This document shows positions 1 to 9,588 of a stretch of 23,336 bases of DNA, one piece after another. The stretch is taken from positions 1 through 23,336 of the forward strand of contig BTVV01000101.1 in NCBI GenBank assembly GCA_045863855.1, in the 5' to 3' direction. Under the pieces are notes generated by a model. The model saw nothing but the letters and a program-made list of their open reading frames with translations, ran no database searches and had not been told where the DNA came from. This stretch comes from Planctomycetota bacterium (GTDB lineage Bacteria; Planctomycetota; SZUA-567; H5-PLA8). Position 1 is the first letter of the stretch, and each line of letters opens with the position of its first letter. Both the position numbers and the translations under genes were made by a program.

Positions 1-567
1 GCGCAACAAATGATCAAAGCGTACGAAGGCCCCGGCAAGAAGATGATGTCGTACGGTACGGCCGTCGGCGGGTTGAGCACGCACCTTGGCGGCTTCCGCG
101 GATCGACCTATCGCCTCGCCCGCATGGGCCTGTGCGGCTTGATCCTGTACCGACTCGGCCCCTGCGATCCGAACAACTGGAACGTGGGCGAAGACGATGC
201 GACGCTGTACAGCGGTGTTTCGGCCGGATACGAAGGGCTGATCGCTTCGCACCGCCTGAAGCTCTGGCGCGATGCCGTGAACGATTACGACTACATGGTC
301 CAGGCGCGAGCCAAGAATGCGGCGGCCGTCGACGCGTTGCTCGATAAAATGGTCCGCGTGGCGATCAGCAGCGACGAGAAGTACCGCACCCAGACCGGAA
401 GCCGAGATTTTTACGTAAACAACAACGTTGAAGATTTCTTAAGGGCCAAACTCCAGCTTGCCGCCCTGATCTCCGGGCAGTCGCCGCCGGAAGGCATCGA
501 ACTGGAACCTTTCAGCAAGAAGTTCACGCCCATCGTCGCGAAGGATGGGATCGTCGGATACGATTAG
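1..567 (+). CDS. C-terminal part of a DUF4091-domain / GH123-like protein (5' truncated by the window)
   Basis: The frame is open from base 1 to TAG 565-567. 'LYSG...GLIASHRLKLWRDAVNDYDYM' resembles the S-x-R-L-x-x-x-R-D-G-x-x-D-Y-E-Y C-terminal motif of DUF4091 proteins. Confidence 0.65.
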   Translation, partial: AQQMIKAYEGPGKKMMSYGTAVGGLSTHLGGFRGSTYRLARMGLCGLILYRLGPCDPNNWNVGEDDATLYSGVSAGYEGLIASHRLKLWRDAVNDYDYMVQARAKNAAAVDALLDKMVRVAISSDEKYRTQTGSRDFYVNNNVEDFLRAKLQLAALISGQSPPEGIELEPFSKKFTPIVAKDGIVGYD

Positions 568-598
568 GCGTTGCGAGTTCTTCTACGGGCCGTTCACG

Positions 599-632
599 GA
601 AGAGCGAACCTGCGGGTTCGCTCTTCTTTTTT
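599..632 (+). terminator. Rho-independent terminator
   Basis: Perfect 12-bp stem GAAGAGCGAACC / GGTTCGCTCTTC with a TGCG loop, followed by T6, about 30 nt after the upstream stop. Confidence 0.9.
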
Positions 633-765
633 GCCTCGGCAGCAGGGCTGTTTACCGATTGCTTTGCCGCTCGATCGGCTATATTTCTCCTTCGGCTTTT
701 GTTACCCATGCCCGGTCCGCCCTGCCGGACCGAATGGAATTGGTTACCCGGGAGTTCGCACGCCC

Positions 766-2253
766 ATGCTGTTGCGCCTCCTTCTTCTGGCAGCGCTCGC
801 AATGGGGTCGCACGCATACGCGGGCGAACCGCCGCTCGATCCGAACGATCGCGTGGTGGGAGTGCTGGAAGACGGAAAAACCTACCGCCGTGTGAATGGG
901 CAGCCCATTGACGGCGGCGAAGTGGGCGATGTGTTGCTGGAGGACGGCGATCAATGGCCACGCGCGGTGGAGGATTTCACGCGCCGCGAGTTGGTGCGGG
1001 CCGAAATGGAGCGAACGGGGGTCGCCGTCAACGAGCAGGAGGTCTCCGATGGCGTCCTGCGCATCGCGCGGATTTACGCGGTTCAGGTCGGCGTCGACCC
1101 GGCAAAACTGACCGCGCAGAACCTGGCGGGCACGCTGGGCGTGGATCTCGACTTTCTCCGCGAAGAAGTCCGGACCACCTTGGGCCTCAAGAAGGTGCTG
1201 GTGGATCAGAAAAAGCTCGCGCCGGAGGTGCCACTGGAGGATCCCGGCGCGAAGTCGGTGATGGAAGAGTACCTCAAGCTCTTGGTGGCGAAGTACGAGG
1301 TGGTGGTCGACGCCAAGCAACTGCATCCCGGCGAAGCGGTGCGCATCGAACAGCGCGGCTATTCGCGCCCTGAAGTACGGCGCTTCGCCCTAAACCAGCG
1401 CGGGCCGCTGAAAGCCAGCGAACTGCGCCAAGCTCTTGATATCGTCATGCTGCAGCGCCTCGCCCGGGAAGCCTTGAAGGCGCAGGGCAAGGAAGAATTG
1501 AACGACGACGACCGCCGCTTCCATTTCTGGTATCGGGTGCGGCAGATCGAGTACGAGCAAGGCGTTCCGGACGGCCGGCGCATCCTGGAACACGATATTC
1601 ACAACAGCGGGATGAGCACTCAACAGTTTCTCAAAGACCGGCGCGTGTACTTCGATGCCGTGGTGACCTATCTGGCCAAGAAGGCCATCGGCTACACGGA
1701 TTTGGAAGCCGAATGGAAGGCGCATCCAGAAAAATACCGCCGCAAGGAAACGAACCTGGCGCACATCTTTCTGCGCGTCTACGACCCGCAGGGGCGCGCC
1801 TATTCGCCAGACTGGCTCACGCCCGGGCATACACGCGTCAACGAGCACGTGAAGCGCGTGCGCGAAGAACGATTCGAAGAATCCCGCGCCCGGATGGAAA
1901 GTCTGGTCGGCCTGGCCCACGCCGACTTTTTCAAGGCCGCCCAAGAACACAGCGACGACGAGCATACGCGCAAAGTATGCGGAAAATTGGGGCGCGTGTC
2001 AGCCACCGCGATTCCCGCGCCTCCGCTCGATAAGGACTCCGTGGAAGCCGCCCTGAAACTCAAGCCCGGCGAAGTCTCCGGGCCCATTCGAAGCGCTTAC
2101 GGCTGGCATCTTTTCAAATGCCTGGAGGAGCAGGAAACCAGCTTCGACGAGGAATTGGTCAAGGAACACATCTACGTGGAATTGTTGAAGACTAAGCGTC
2201 AGGAAATCTCGGAAGCCCTGCGCAAGCAGGCCACCGTCGAAGACCTCTTTTGA
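766..2253 (+). CDS. Secreted parvulin-type peptidyl-prolyl cis-trans isomerase (SurA/PrsA-like chaperone)
   Basis: Signal peptide MLLRLLLLAALAMGSHAYA. C-terminal rotamase motifs 'LAHIFL', 'FFKAAQEHSDD', 'GKLG', 'LKPGEVSGPIRSAYGWHLFK'. ATG 766 preferred over the track start at 571, which would run through the terminator. Confidence 0.85.
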   Translation: MLLRLLLLAALAMGSHAYAGEPPLDPNDRVVGVLEDGKTYRRVNGQPIDGGEVGDVLLEDGDQWPRAVEDFTRRELVRAEMERTGVAVNEQEVSDGVLRIARIYAVQVGVDPAKLTAQNLAGTLGVDLDFLREEVRTTLGLKKVLVDQKKLAPEVPLEDPGAKSVMEEYLKLLVAKYEVVVDAKQLHPGEAVRIEQRGYSRPEVRRFALNQRGPLKASELRQALDIVMLQRLAREALKAQGKEELNDDDRRFHFWYRVRQIEYEQGVPDGRRILEHDIHNSGMSTQQFLKDRRVYFDAVVTYLAKKAIGYTDLEAEWKAHPEKYRRKETNLAHIFLRVYDPQGRAYSPDWLTPGHTRVNEHVKRVREERFEESRARMESLVGLAHADFFKAAQEHSDDEHTRKVCGKLGRVSATAIPAPPLDKDSVEAALKLKPGEVSGPIRSAYGWHLFKCLEEQETSFDEELVKEHIYVELLKTKRQEISEALRKQATVEDLF

Positions 2254-2290
2254 CCGCCCGCTCCGCCGGGTACAGCACCGCGAGGATCCC

Positions 2291-2746
2291 ATGCCCGAAT
2301 CCGAAGACATGCTCCGCGAAATTTTCCAGCGTCAGTCGCAACTCAACGACGAGATCTTCAAGAAACAGGATCTTCGCGACCGCGACGGAAAAGTGCTGAC
2401 GATGGCCGCCATTCGGGAGGGACTGGAACGCGAGGAACTGGGGCCCAACGGACTGGTTAACCAGTGGCTGCGCAATTACCTCACCGCGCTCAAGGCCGAG
2501 GCCGACGAAGTCGAGCAGGATCTGCTTTGGAAATGGTGGAGCAAGGACCGCATCGATTTGCAGAATATCCGCGTCGAGATTGTCGACCTGATGCATTTCC
2601 TCACCAGCCTCGCCCTTGTCTCGGGCCTTTCGCCCGAGGACTTCCACCGGCTTTACACGAAGAAGCACGAAGTCAACCGCAATCGCCAGGATCAGGGCTA
2701 CTCGAAGGACACCAAGAACGAAGCCGACAACAAGAGCGTACGCTGA
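2291..2746 (+). CDS. Dimeric (all-alpha) dUTPase family nucleotide pyrophosphatase
   Basis: Motifs 'Q.QLN', 'AEADE', 'WKWWSK', 'EIVDLMHF' and 'Y.KK..VN..RQ..GY' match the dUTPase_2 / T4 dCTPase-like family. SD GAGGA lies upstream. Confidence 0.85.
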   Translation: MPESEDMLREIFQRQSQLNDEIFKKQDLRDRDGKVLTMAAIREGLEREELGPNGLVNQWLRNYLTALKAEADEVEQDLLWKWWSKDRIDLQNIRVEIVDLMHFLTSLALVSGLSPEDFHRLYTKKHEVNRNRQDQGYSKDTKNEADNKSVR

Positions 2747-2765
2747 AAAGCGAAAGGAATCGTCC

Positions 2766-3974
2766 ATGCGGGGAATGACGTTTACGCTGGCGTTGCTGCT
2801 TGGGGTGGGGGCGTGCGTCGCCTACGAAGGGTCCGACTGGCCGAGTTGGCGCGGACCGCAGCGCGACAGCGTCTCTCCGGAAAAGGGCTGGAAGACCGAC
2901 TGGTCCGGCGGCGGCCCGAAACAGCTTTGGAGCAAACAGATCGGGAAAGGGTGCTCGGCTTTCGCCGTGGCCGGCGGACGGGCGTTCGTGCTGGGCAACG
3001 AGAAAGGTTCCACCGATGTAGTATACGCGTTCGACGCGAAGACCGGACAGGAGGTCTGGCGTCATGAGTATCCTTGCCCGCTCGACCCTAAGTACTATTT
3101 TGGAGGTCCCAGCGCTTCGCCGGTGGTGGACGGCGACAAGGTTTACACGCTCAGTAAAGATGGGCAACTCTTCTGCCTCAACGCGGCGGACGGCAAGGTC
3201 GTCTGGCAGCGCGATATGGCCAAGGAGAAGGGACTCAAGCGCCCCGAATGGGGCTACGCCGGTTCGCCGTACGTCAGAGGACAAGCGTTGCTGCTTAACT
3301 TGGGCACGGCGGGTCTCAGTGTCGATAAGGCGACCGGGAAGGACCTCTGGTTCTCGGGCGCCGACGCCAGCGGGTATGCCACGCCGGTAATCTTCACACA
3401 CAATAAGCAGGAGTTCATCGCGCTCTTTGCGGCCAAGGGTCTCGCGATCGTCAACCCCGAGCGCGGCGGCGTGCTCAGCCAGTTCGAATGGAAGACGCAA
3501 TACGACGTCAACGCCGCCGATCCCATCGTTTCGGGCGACACGATTTTCATCAGCAGCGACTACGGCACCGGTTGCGCCCTGGTTCGCATCGGAGCGCAAG
3601 GACTTCAGGAAGTTTGGCGCAATAAGGCGATGCAGAATCACATGAGCCCCTGCGTATTTCACGAGGGGCATCTGTATGGCGGTTCGGGCAACGGGGATGC
3701 GGCCGATCTGGTCTGTATCGAGCTGGCGACCGGAGCAGAAAAATGGCGTCGTCCTCGGACCAACGGGCAGGGCATTCTGGCTGACGGGAAGCTGCTGCAC
3801 ATCACTCAGCGCGGCGAGCTGCTGTTGCTCGAGGCCAGCCCGGCCGCCTATAAGGAACTGGGCCGCGTGCAGGTATTCGGCGGAACGTGCTTCACGATGC
3901 CGGTGCTCAGCCACGGACTCGTGTATTGCCGCAACGGCGACGGGAACGCGGTCTGCGTGGACTTGAGGCCCTGA
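2766..3974 (+). CDS. PQQ-binding-like beta-propeller repeat protein (BamB-like), secreted
   Basis: Signal peptide followed by 'DWPSWRGP.RD', with repeated 'AFDAKTGQEVW', 'CLNAADGKVVW', 'CIELATGAEKW' docking motifs. SD AAAGGA precedes ATG 2766. Confidence 0.9.
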   Translation: MRGMTFTLALLLGVGACVAYEGSDWPSWRGPQRDSVSPEKGWKTDWSGGGPKQLWSKQIGKGCSAFAVAGGRAFVLGNEKGSTDVVYAFDAKTGQEVWRHEYPCPLDPKYYFGGPSASPVVDGDKVYTLSKDGQLFCLNAADGKVVWQRDMAKEKGLKRPEWGYAGSPYVRGQALLLNLGTAGLSVDKATGKDLWFSGADASGYATPVIFTHNKQEFIALFAAKGLAIVNPERGGVLSQFEWKTQYDVNAADPIVSGDTIFISSDYGTGCALVRIGAQGLQEVWRNKAMQNHMSPCVFHEGHLYGGSGNGDAADLVCIELATGAEKWRRPRTNGQGILADGKLLHITQRGELLLLEASPAAYKELGRVQVFGGTCFTMPVLSHGLVYCRNGDGNAVCVDLRP

Positions 3975-3988
3975 ACGTGCGGCGGCGG

Positions 3989-5164
3989 CTATTTTTTAGC
4001 CGGATTCCTTAACTCGCCCAGCATGGCATCTGCAATTCTGCGCCCCGCATCGCGATAACGCGCGCGGGTAAAAACTTCGCCGCCCGCATAGCCCACGTAG
4101 CTGACCTCGAACGTCACGCCGTACATATCCTCGAAGGTATTGAAAAATCCGGTCGCCGTCGGCGTTTCCCAGCGGCTGGTATAGCGGGCGACGCGCAGAA
4201 AATCAGGTGCGGCGTACTCGCCCAAGGCGCCTCGAAACGCACCGAGCCAATGCGTCTGATCGCGCAGACGTACATCGTTCAGGTTCTCGGGCTTTACGGC
4301 GAAGGTGTAGATGCCGGTGTGCTCCGACAAGCCGGGCGCATGAAAGTCTCCACCCAAGCGCGGAACGCAGCGCCCGCGCCAGCGCCCGAAATCGCGCTGC
4401 AGCGCGAGCGTTTCATGGCGCATGGGAGGGCGGCCCCAGGCGCGGTTGAGGTCGTACGGAAAATTATCCTTCCCGTAATCGCCTTGCACGACGCCATCGA
4501 TGTTCGTGAGCGGTACGCACCAGACGGTCACGTCGTCCGCGCGAAGGTCGGCCAAGCGCCGCATCACGCCATCGAGCACCCAGCCCGCCGAGGTCTCGCC
4601 GCTGTGCTGCCGCGCCAGCAGATAGGCGCCGGGCTTGCGTGCGGCCTGCGGATCGGCCGAGCCGTAATCGTTGCTCAGGCGAACCAGCGCGCGCCCGTTT
4701 TGCGAGACGCCGAAATTGTCCGCGCGCCAGTATCCGCCGCAGTCGGCCACCAGTTGAGCGACCTCCTGCGGCCCGTACGGATAACAGACCGCGACGTCCA
4801 GCGTACGCGCGGGGGCGGGCAGTTCCCAAGCCGCATGCGCCTGGCCGTCCGGCGCAAGAATCGGCGCTCCGGGCTCGAGCCGCCGCCAGCCACCCTCGTC
4901 GCCGCTTCCGGCATCGTCGGCGCGCACCACCGGCCGAATGTGCGGGATATGTCCGCCGCCCAATAGGTTGCCCGCGTGCTTCAACAGCAGTCGCAGGCGT
5001 TCGGGGCGAGCGCCGTTCAGTTCGATGCGAAAGCAGAACCAGCACGCTTCCGGGCCGCCATGCGGGTCGGCGGTAAACGCGATCTCCGTGCACGAACCGT
5101 CTTCGCGAACTTCGACCAAAGCGGCGTTCCCGCTGGGCACGTCGGTACGGACGCGGATGGACAT
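3989..5164 (-). CDS. M14 family zinc carboxypeptidase (cytosolic carboxypeptidase-like)
   Basis: HxxE zinc motif 'ARQHSGE', plus 'NIDG', 'DLNRAW', 'DFH', a C-terminal catalytic 'TFE', and N-terminal 'WFCFRI' and 'YPY' motifs. Confidence 0.88.
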   Translation of the reverse strand: MSIRVRTDVPSGNAALVEVREDGSCTEIAFTADPHGGPEACWFCFRIELNGARPERLRLLLKHAGNLLGGGHIPHIRPVVRADDAGSGDEGGWRRLEPGAPILAPDGQAHAAWELPAPARTLDVAVCYPYGPQEVAQLVADCGGYWRADNFGVSQNGRALVRLSNDYGSADPQAARKPGAYLLARQHSGETSAGWVLDGVMRRLADLRADDVTVWCVPLTNIDGVVQGDYGKDNFPYDLNRAWGRPPMRHETLALQRDFGRWRGRCVPRLGGDFHAPGLSEHTGIYTFAVKPENLNDVRLRDQTHWLGAFRGALGEYAAPDFLRVARYTSRWETPTATGFFNTFEDMYGVTFEVSYVGYAGGEVFTRARYRDAGRRIADAMLGELRNPAKK

Positions 5165-5182
5165 CTGAAATCTCTCCGGGTT

Positions 5183-5569
5183 CTATGGCAGTTCCAGCAG
5201 AACGCGTACACGCCGCTCGATTTCGTCGCGCACCGCGCGAAACTCGTCGTCGGGCAGATGCTTCGGATCGCGCAGCGCCCAGTCGTGGCGAGCCTTGGCC
5301 GGCACATGCGGGCAGGCATCGCCGCAGCCCATGGTGATCACGTGGTCGAAGGCGAGGTTTGCCACGCGGTCCAGGCCTTCGGATGCGTGCGTCGAAAGAT
5401 CGATGCCCTTCTCGCGCATGAACTGAATGGCGCGCGGATTCACCACGCCCGAAGGGCGCGATCCGGCACTGTATACCTCAACCGCGTCCCTGCCGATCGC
5501 TTTCGCGAATCCTTCGGCCATCTGGCTGCGGCAAGAATTTTCCACGCACACGAACAAAATACGCTTCAA
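5183..5569 (-). CDS. arsC: Arsenate reductase ArsC / low-molecular-weight protein tyrosine phosphatase family
   Basis: P-loop 'ILFVCVENSCRSQMAEGF', 'SAGS.P', 'VITMGCGDACP', 'W.L.DP'. The start is uncertain; TTG at 5569 with GAGG upstream was chosen. Confidence 0.85.
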   Translation of the reverse strand: MKRILFVCVENSCRSQMAEGFAKAIGRDAVEVYSAGSRPSGVVNPRAIQFMREKGIDLSTHASEGLDRVANLAFDHVITMGCGDACPHVPAKARHDWALRDPKHLPDDEFRAVRDEIERRVRVLLELP

Positions 5570-5721
5570 GGGCGGCGCCTCACTCGGAATCGAGAACACA
5601 CACATAGCCCAACTCCTGGCGCTCGCAACGCCCGTTCTGCATTCGACAGCCCGAAACCTGCCGCGAGGATCGCGGCATGAGCGCTCCGAAACTTCCCGCG
5701 CGTTCCCGCCCAATTAAGTTC

Positions 5722-6216
5722 ATGCGCGCCGCCACCGCGGTGGTCTTTGTGCTGGTGCTTGCCGCGAGCTTGGTTCGCGGCCTTCGTCCGCCGCCGCATG
5801 AAGGTACGGTCAGCGGAGTCGCCGACGGCGATACGGTGCGGGTGTACTTGGAAGGCCGGCATCAGCGAGTGCGCTTGCACGGGATCGATTGTCCGGAACT
5901 CGATCAACCCTACGGGGAGGACGCCAAGCGCTTCACGCTCGAACGCCTGCAAGGCCGCGAAGTTCGGCTGGAGATCAAGGTTCGCGACCGCCACGAGCGC
6001 CTCGTGGCGACGGTCTTTTACCGCGAAGCAGGCCCGGGTGCGCCCGAACGGTGCCTCAATGCGGAGCTGGTGGAAGCAGGCTGGGCTTGGGCGTACCGCG
6101 CCTACAGCGATGCGTACGTGTCCGCGGAGGTGCAAGCTCGCGCGGAGCCCCGCGGCTTATGGAAGGCGAAAGACCCCGTTCCGCCGTGGGAGCACCGCAA
6201 AGCGACCGAGCCGTAA
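5722..6216 (+). CDS. Thermonuclease (SNase-like) family protein with N-terminal membrane anchor/signal
   Basis: 'DGDT', 'VRLHGIDCPE', 'DRHERLVA', 'NAELVEAGWAW', 'RGLW' and 'PPWEHR' motifs; hydrophobic N-terminus. The start could be 5677. Confidence 0.9.
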   Translation: MRAATAVVFVLVLAASLVRGLRPPPHEGTVSGVADGDTVRVYLEGRHQRVRLHGIDCPELDQPYGEDAKRFTLERLQGREVRLEIKVRDRHERLVATVFYREAGPGAPERCLNAELVEAGWAWAYRAYSDAYVSAEVQARAEPRGLWKAKDPVPPWEHRKATEP

Positions 6217-6219
6217 GCG

Positions 6220-6984
6220 CTACTTCGAAGCGCCCGTGGGCGCACCTGCAAGAGCATCTCGGGCGGCAGGCAGCGCGCGTTCGACCCACGCCGCATATTG
6301 CGCGCTCGACGGATGCAGACCGTCATTCGCCCCCAATTCAGGCCTGGATCGTACCTCACGGCTCAGCGCAGTGATTTCAATCCAGCGCGCGCCGGCTCGA
6401 TCGGTCTCTTCTTTCTTGATGGCGTTGAAGCGGTCGATCTCCCGCGCGACCTTGGCCGGGTCGTAGCGTGCGCCGAACGGCATCGCACCCCAGTCGGGTA
6501 TCGAGAGCACCAGTACGCGCGAGGCTTCGCGCCCGCGGGCGAACTCGATGGCCCGTGCAAGCAGTGAGCGGAACTGAATTCTAAATTCGGCTTCGGGCCG
6601 TCCTCGAAACTGGTTGTTCACTCCGATCAAAAGCGTCACGATCTCGTAGGGGCCTTGCGGCCGCGCGCGGTCGATTCCGGCATTCAGTTCGTCGGTGGTC
6701 CATCCGGTTCGTGCGATAATCTCCGGCGTTTCGGACGGGATGCCGGCTTCGCGAAGCTGGGCCGCAAGCAGTACCGGCCAGCGCTCCGACTCTGCAACCG
6801 ACTCGCCAATGGTGTAGCTGTCGCCCAGCGCGAGGATGCGAACCGGTGCGGCCGGCGCCGGGGGAGCCCGGTCGGGATGGGGTATTCGCGGCGCGGGCGG
6901 TTTGGACGGTACCGGTCGCTCCAAAGGCGATCCGCAGCCGGCCAGCAGCATTAAGAGGAACGCGCCTCCGCGGCGCATGCACAT
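6220..6984 (-). CDS. SGNH/GDSL hydrolase family lipoprotein
   Basis: Lipobox LLAGC; block I 'LALGDSYT', 'GWTT', block III 'GVNN', block V 'DGLHPS'. The ATG overlaps the upstream TGA (TGATG). Confidence 0.9.
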   Translation of the reverse strand: MCMRRGGAFLLMLLAGCGSPLERPVPSKPPAPRIPHPDRAPPAPAAPVRILALGDSYTIGESVAESERWPVLLAAQLREAGIPSETPEIIARTGWTTDELNAGIDRARPQGPYEIVTLLIGVNNQFRGRPEAEFRIQFRSLLARAIEFARGREASRVLVLSIPDWGAMPFGARYDPAKVAREIDRFNAIKKEETDRAGARWIEITALSREVRSRPELGANDGLHPSSAQYAAWVERALPAARDALAGAPTGASK

Positions 6985-7979
6985 CAGCTACCCGTCCGCT
7001 CGGCGTCCGCAAAAATGCGCTCGGCCAGTTCCGTGGCCGCCAATCCTTCGGCGGCGCCCACGCAGGGTTCGCGGTCGCGTTCGATGCATTCGAGGAAATG
7101 GCGGTCTTCTTCTTCGTACATGTCGTTCTTGCGGAAGGTGTGCACGCTGATTGCGCCGTCTTGCCCGATGACGTGAAAGCCGTCCTGGGTCTGCGGGTCG
7201 AAGTCCGCCGGACGGTGCGCTTCGGGAATGCCGAAATGCAGCGCGCCTTTCGCGCCCAGCACGTCCTGCGTGTTGATGCCTCGGCTGCCTTTGGGCAGTC
7301 CCCATGACCAGTTCAGCGACGTGCGGTCGCCACGCTCGAAGACGATATCCGCGACGCCTGTGTCCCACGCCGAGGTCGGCGCCAGCCGCACGAGGCTCGA
7401 CTTGACCGAGACGGCTTTTCCGAAGGTCCAAAGGTTGAAGTCGTGGTTGTGCACGCAACCGTCGATGAACGGGCCGCCGCCCAGATTCTGATCCATGAAC
7501 CAGCGCCCGGGGCCGCTGCCGGCGAACATCTGCCGCCACACCACCGGCCGCCCGAGCACGCTGTCTTCGGCCAGGATCTTGCGCAGCGTGCCCCAATGAG
7601 CGTCGAAGCGACGGCAGAAGGCGAGCATCAGCTTGATCTTCGCCCTCTTCGCGGCGGCGTCGATGGCGCGGCATTCTTCGGACGTGAGCGCCATGGGTTT
7701 CTCGAGCATCACGTGTACGCCGGCCGCCGCACAATCGAGCGCCACCGGGTGATGCAAAAAGGTCGGCAGGCAGATCCACGCGACATCGGGCCGCGCTTTC
7801 TCGAGCAAGTCCTTATGGTTCTCGAATACGAGCGTGCCCGGATACTCGGCCTTGAAGCGATCGCGCGCTTCGGGGAATTCGTCGCTTACCGCGAAAAGGG
7901 TATGCCCGAGCTTCTTGGTCAGCACGTGGGCGTGATGGCGCCCCATGCCGCCCAAGCCCAGCATGGCGATCTTCGGCAT
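6984..7979 (-). CDS. Gfo/Idh/MocA family NAD(P)-dependent oxidoreductase
   Basis: Rossmann 'GLGGMG', 'HVMLEKPMA', 'RRFD', 'GGGPFIDGCVHNHD'. SD GAGGAG lies upstream. Confidence 0.92.
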   Translation of the reverse strand: MPKIAMLGLGGMGRHHAHVLTKKLGHTLFAVSDEFPEARDRFKAEYPGTLVFENHKDLLEKARPDVAWICLPTFLHHPVALDCAAAGVHVMLEKPMALTSEECRAIDAAAKRAKIKLMLAFCRRFDAHWGTLRKILAEDSVLGRPVVWRQMFAGSGPGRWFMDQNLGGGPFIDGCVHNHDFNLWTFGKAVSVKSSLVRLAPTSAWDTGVADIVFERGDRTSLNWSWGLPKGSRGINTQDVLGAKGALHFGIPEAHRPADFDPQTQDGFHVIGQDGAISVHTFRKNDMYEEEDRHFLECIERDREPCVGAAEGLAATELAERIFADAERTGS

Positions 7980-8022
7980 CTTAAAGGCTCCTCAAGAAAG
8001 GGTGCATGTCTGGAGGCGGACG

Positions 8023-8634
8023 TCAGGGTTGCGTGGACGCTTCGGTCTTGGTCTCCGCCGCAGGCACTTCCGATTTTGATTCCGAGGTGGATGCCGCGGC
8101 ATCGGCACCCGAAGACTTACCGGCTTGGAAAAGGGCCGCGTTAGGGTCGGGCCGGCCGGTATGCGCATTCAGGCCCCAAAACTCGCCGTCGAACTCGAAT
8201 TGCAGGAACGCGGACTGGCCTTCCATTCGAAAGCGCGCCACCTTGAGCTTCTTTTCGCCCTGCTCGATTTCCAGCTCTTCCAGATGATCCTGCTGCAAGA
8301 ACTGTTTGAACAGGTTGATCTGCCCGGCCAGACGCTGGGGGTTCTCGGTGACACCCTTGATCACGGCCTCCACATCGCCGTTCTTCGTGGCGATGGAGCG
8401 ATCGCGGCTCTCGGGAGTCAGCAGGAAGGCGATAAAGTAATCGGCGCGAGAGGTTTCCATCGCCTTGATGCAACTGGCCAGCGCGTCGCGAGGCGTATCT
8501 TGCGCAAACAGGGCCGCATCGCGATGAATGACCTTGGGCGGCGGAGCAGACGGCAGGGGAGCGGCGGGCTGCCCGCAGGCACTCAGCGCCAACGCCAGCA
8601 GAATGGCCGCTGCCAGGCCGGGCATCACGCGCAT
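8023..8634 (-). CDS. Hypothetical lipoprotein
   Basis: SD AAGGAG before ATG 8634; lipoprotein signal 'MRVMPGLAAAILLALALSAC'; Pro-rich linker and low-complexity Ser/Thr/Glu tail. The track's upstream extension to 9261 overlaps the epimerase gene and is spurious. Confidence 0.75.
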   Translation of the reverse strand: MRVMPGLAAAILLALALSACGQPAAPLPSAPPPKVIHRDAALFAQDTPRDALASCIKAMETSRADYFIAFLLTPESRDRSIATKNGDVEAVIKGVTENPQRLAGQINLFKQFLQQDHLEELEIEQGEKKLKVARFRMEGQSAFLQFEFDGEFWGLNAHTGRPDPNAALFQAGKSSGADAAASTSESKSEVPAAETKTEASTQP

Positions 8635-8657
8635 GGAACTGTTCTCCTTGGGTATCG

Positions 8658-9533
8658 TCACGAAATCGCGCAGCAGCGCTTCAGTTCGGCTACGTTGCGC
8701 TTCATCAACTGCGGACGCTGTTCGGCCGGACGCTTCGGAAGCGACTCGTCTTCCACGCACAGCGCGCCGCGGTAGCCCGCGCCTTGCAGGATCCGGGCGA
8801 CCCGCGCGTGATCGATGTTCCCTTCGTCCAGCGGGCAGCAGTACTGCCCGTATTCCCAGCCGATTGCGCGCTGTTTGTTGCGCTCGTCCGCAGGGTAATT
8901 GATGTTCTTGATGTGCGTATGCCGGACACGCGCGGCGAAGCGGGACATGATCTCGTACACGCGCTCCAGCGGATGCCCGTACCAGTAGAAGTTGGCCGTG
9001 TCGAGCGTCAGGCCCAGCCGCGGCGAACCGACTCCGTCGAAGATGCGGTCGAGAAACGCGGGATCGTTGGTGATGTGCCCGTGATTCTCGACGCCCAAGC
9101 CCACGCCGGTCGATTCGGTTGCCGCGAGAATACGCTTCACGCCCTCGATACAGCGCGCCTCGAAGAGCGTGCGGTCGTAGTCCTTCTGGTGCGGCACCAG
9201 ATCGATGCGCACCGCCGGCGCGCCCAGCGCGTGCGCGGCCTCCACGGCCGAGACGCCCCACTTCACTTCCATCTCCATATCGCCGGAGAAATCGTTGGCC
9301 ATCAGGAGCGCGCAGACGCTCGCCCCGTGCGCGTCGAATGCCGCGCGCGCTTCGCGTCGGCCCGCGGGCGAGGATAGGTCGAAGGGCTGCCCGCCGCGCC
9401 CCAGGAAGCCGGGCGTTTGCGCCTCGCGGTTGAAATTCAATTCGACCGCACTGAGCCCCAGAAATTGCAGGGCCGCCCAGGGGTCGTTTTGTCCCACATG
9501 GGCCAGCATGGCGTCGCGAGTGGCGGGATACAT
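8658..9533 (-). CDS. Sugar phosphate isomerase/epimerase (xylose isomerase-like TIM barrel)
   Basis: Metal-binding motifs 'LGVENHG', 'LTLDTANF', 'HTHIKN', 'G.ID', 'GY.GALCVEDE'. SD GGAG lies upstream. Confidence 0.9.
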   Translation of the reverse strand: MYPATRDAMLAHVGQNDPWAALQFLGLSAVELNFNREAQTPGFLGRGGQPFDLSSPAGRREARAAFDAHGASVCALLMANDFSGDMEMEVKWGVSAVEAAHALGAPAVRIDLVPHQKDYDRTLFEARCIEGVKRILAATESTGVGLGVENHGHITNDPAFLDRIFDGVGSPRLGLTLDTANFYWYGHPLERVYEIMSRFAARVRHTHIKNINYPADERNKQRAIGWEYGQYCCPLDEGNIDHARVARILQGAGYRGALCVEDESLPKRPAEQRPQLMKRNVAELKRCCAIS

Positions 9534-9588
9534 GGAGGGTCTCCGCGCAGGGAACGAGCCATCACCTTAGCGCGCGGGCGGGGGCTCG

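Noticed and set aside
650..760. Hairpin CGGTCCG/CGGACCG and two GTTACCC copies upstream of the PPIase gene
   Set aside because: These are too short to distinguish from chance, and no convincing promoter spacing or known RNA motif is present.
5183..5569. Arsenic-resistance operon
   Set aside because: No arsR, arsB/acr3 or arsH is adjacent. This is a lone ArsC/LMW-PTP gene whose substrate cannot be confirmed.
5722..6216. Thermonuclease as part of a defence system or as the partner of the nuclease-dead ComEC
   Set aside because: It is a common stand-alone family, lies about 14 kb from comEC and has no defence-gene neighbours. There is no sequence evidence for a link.
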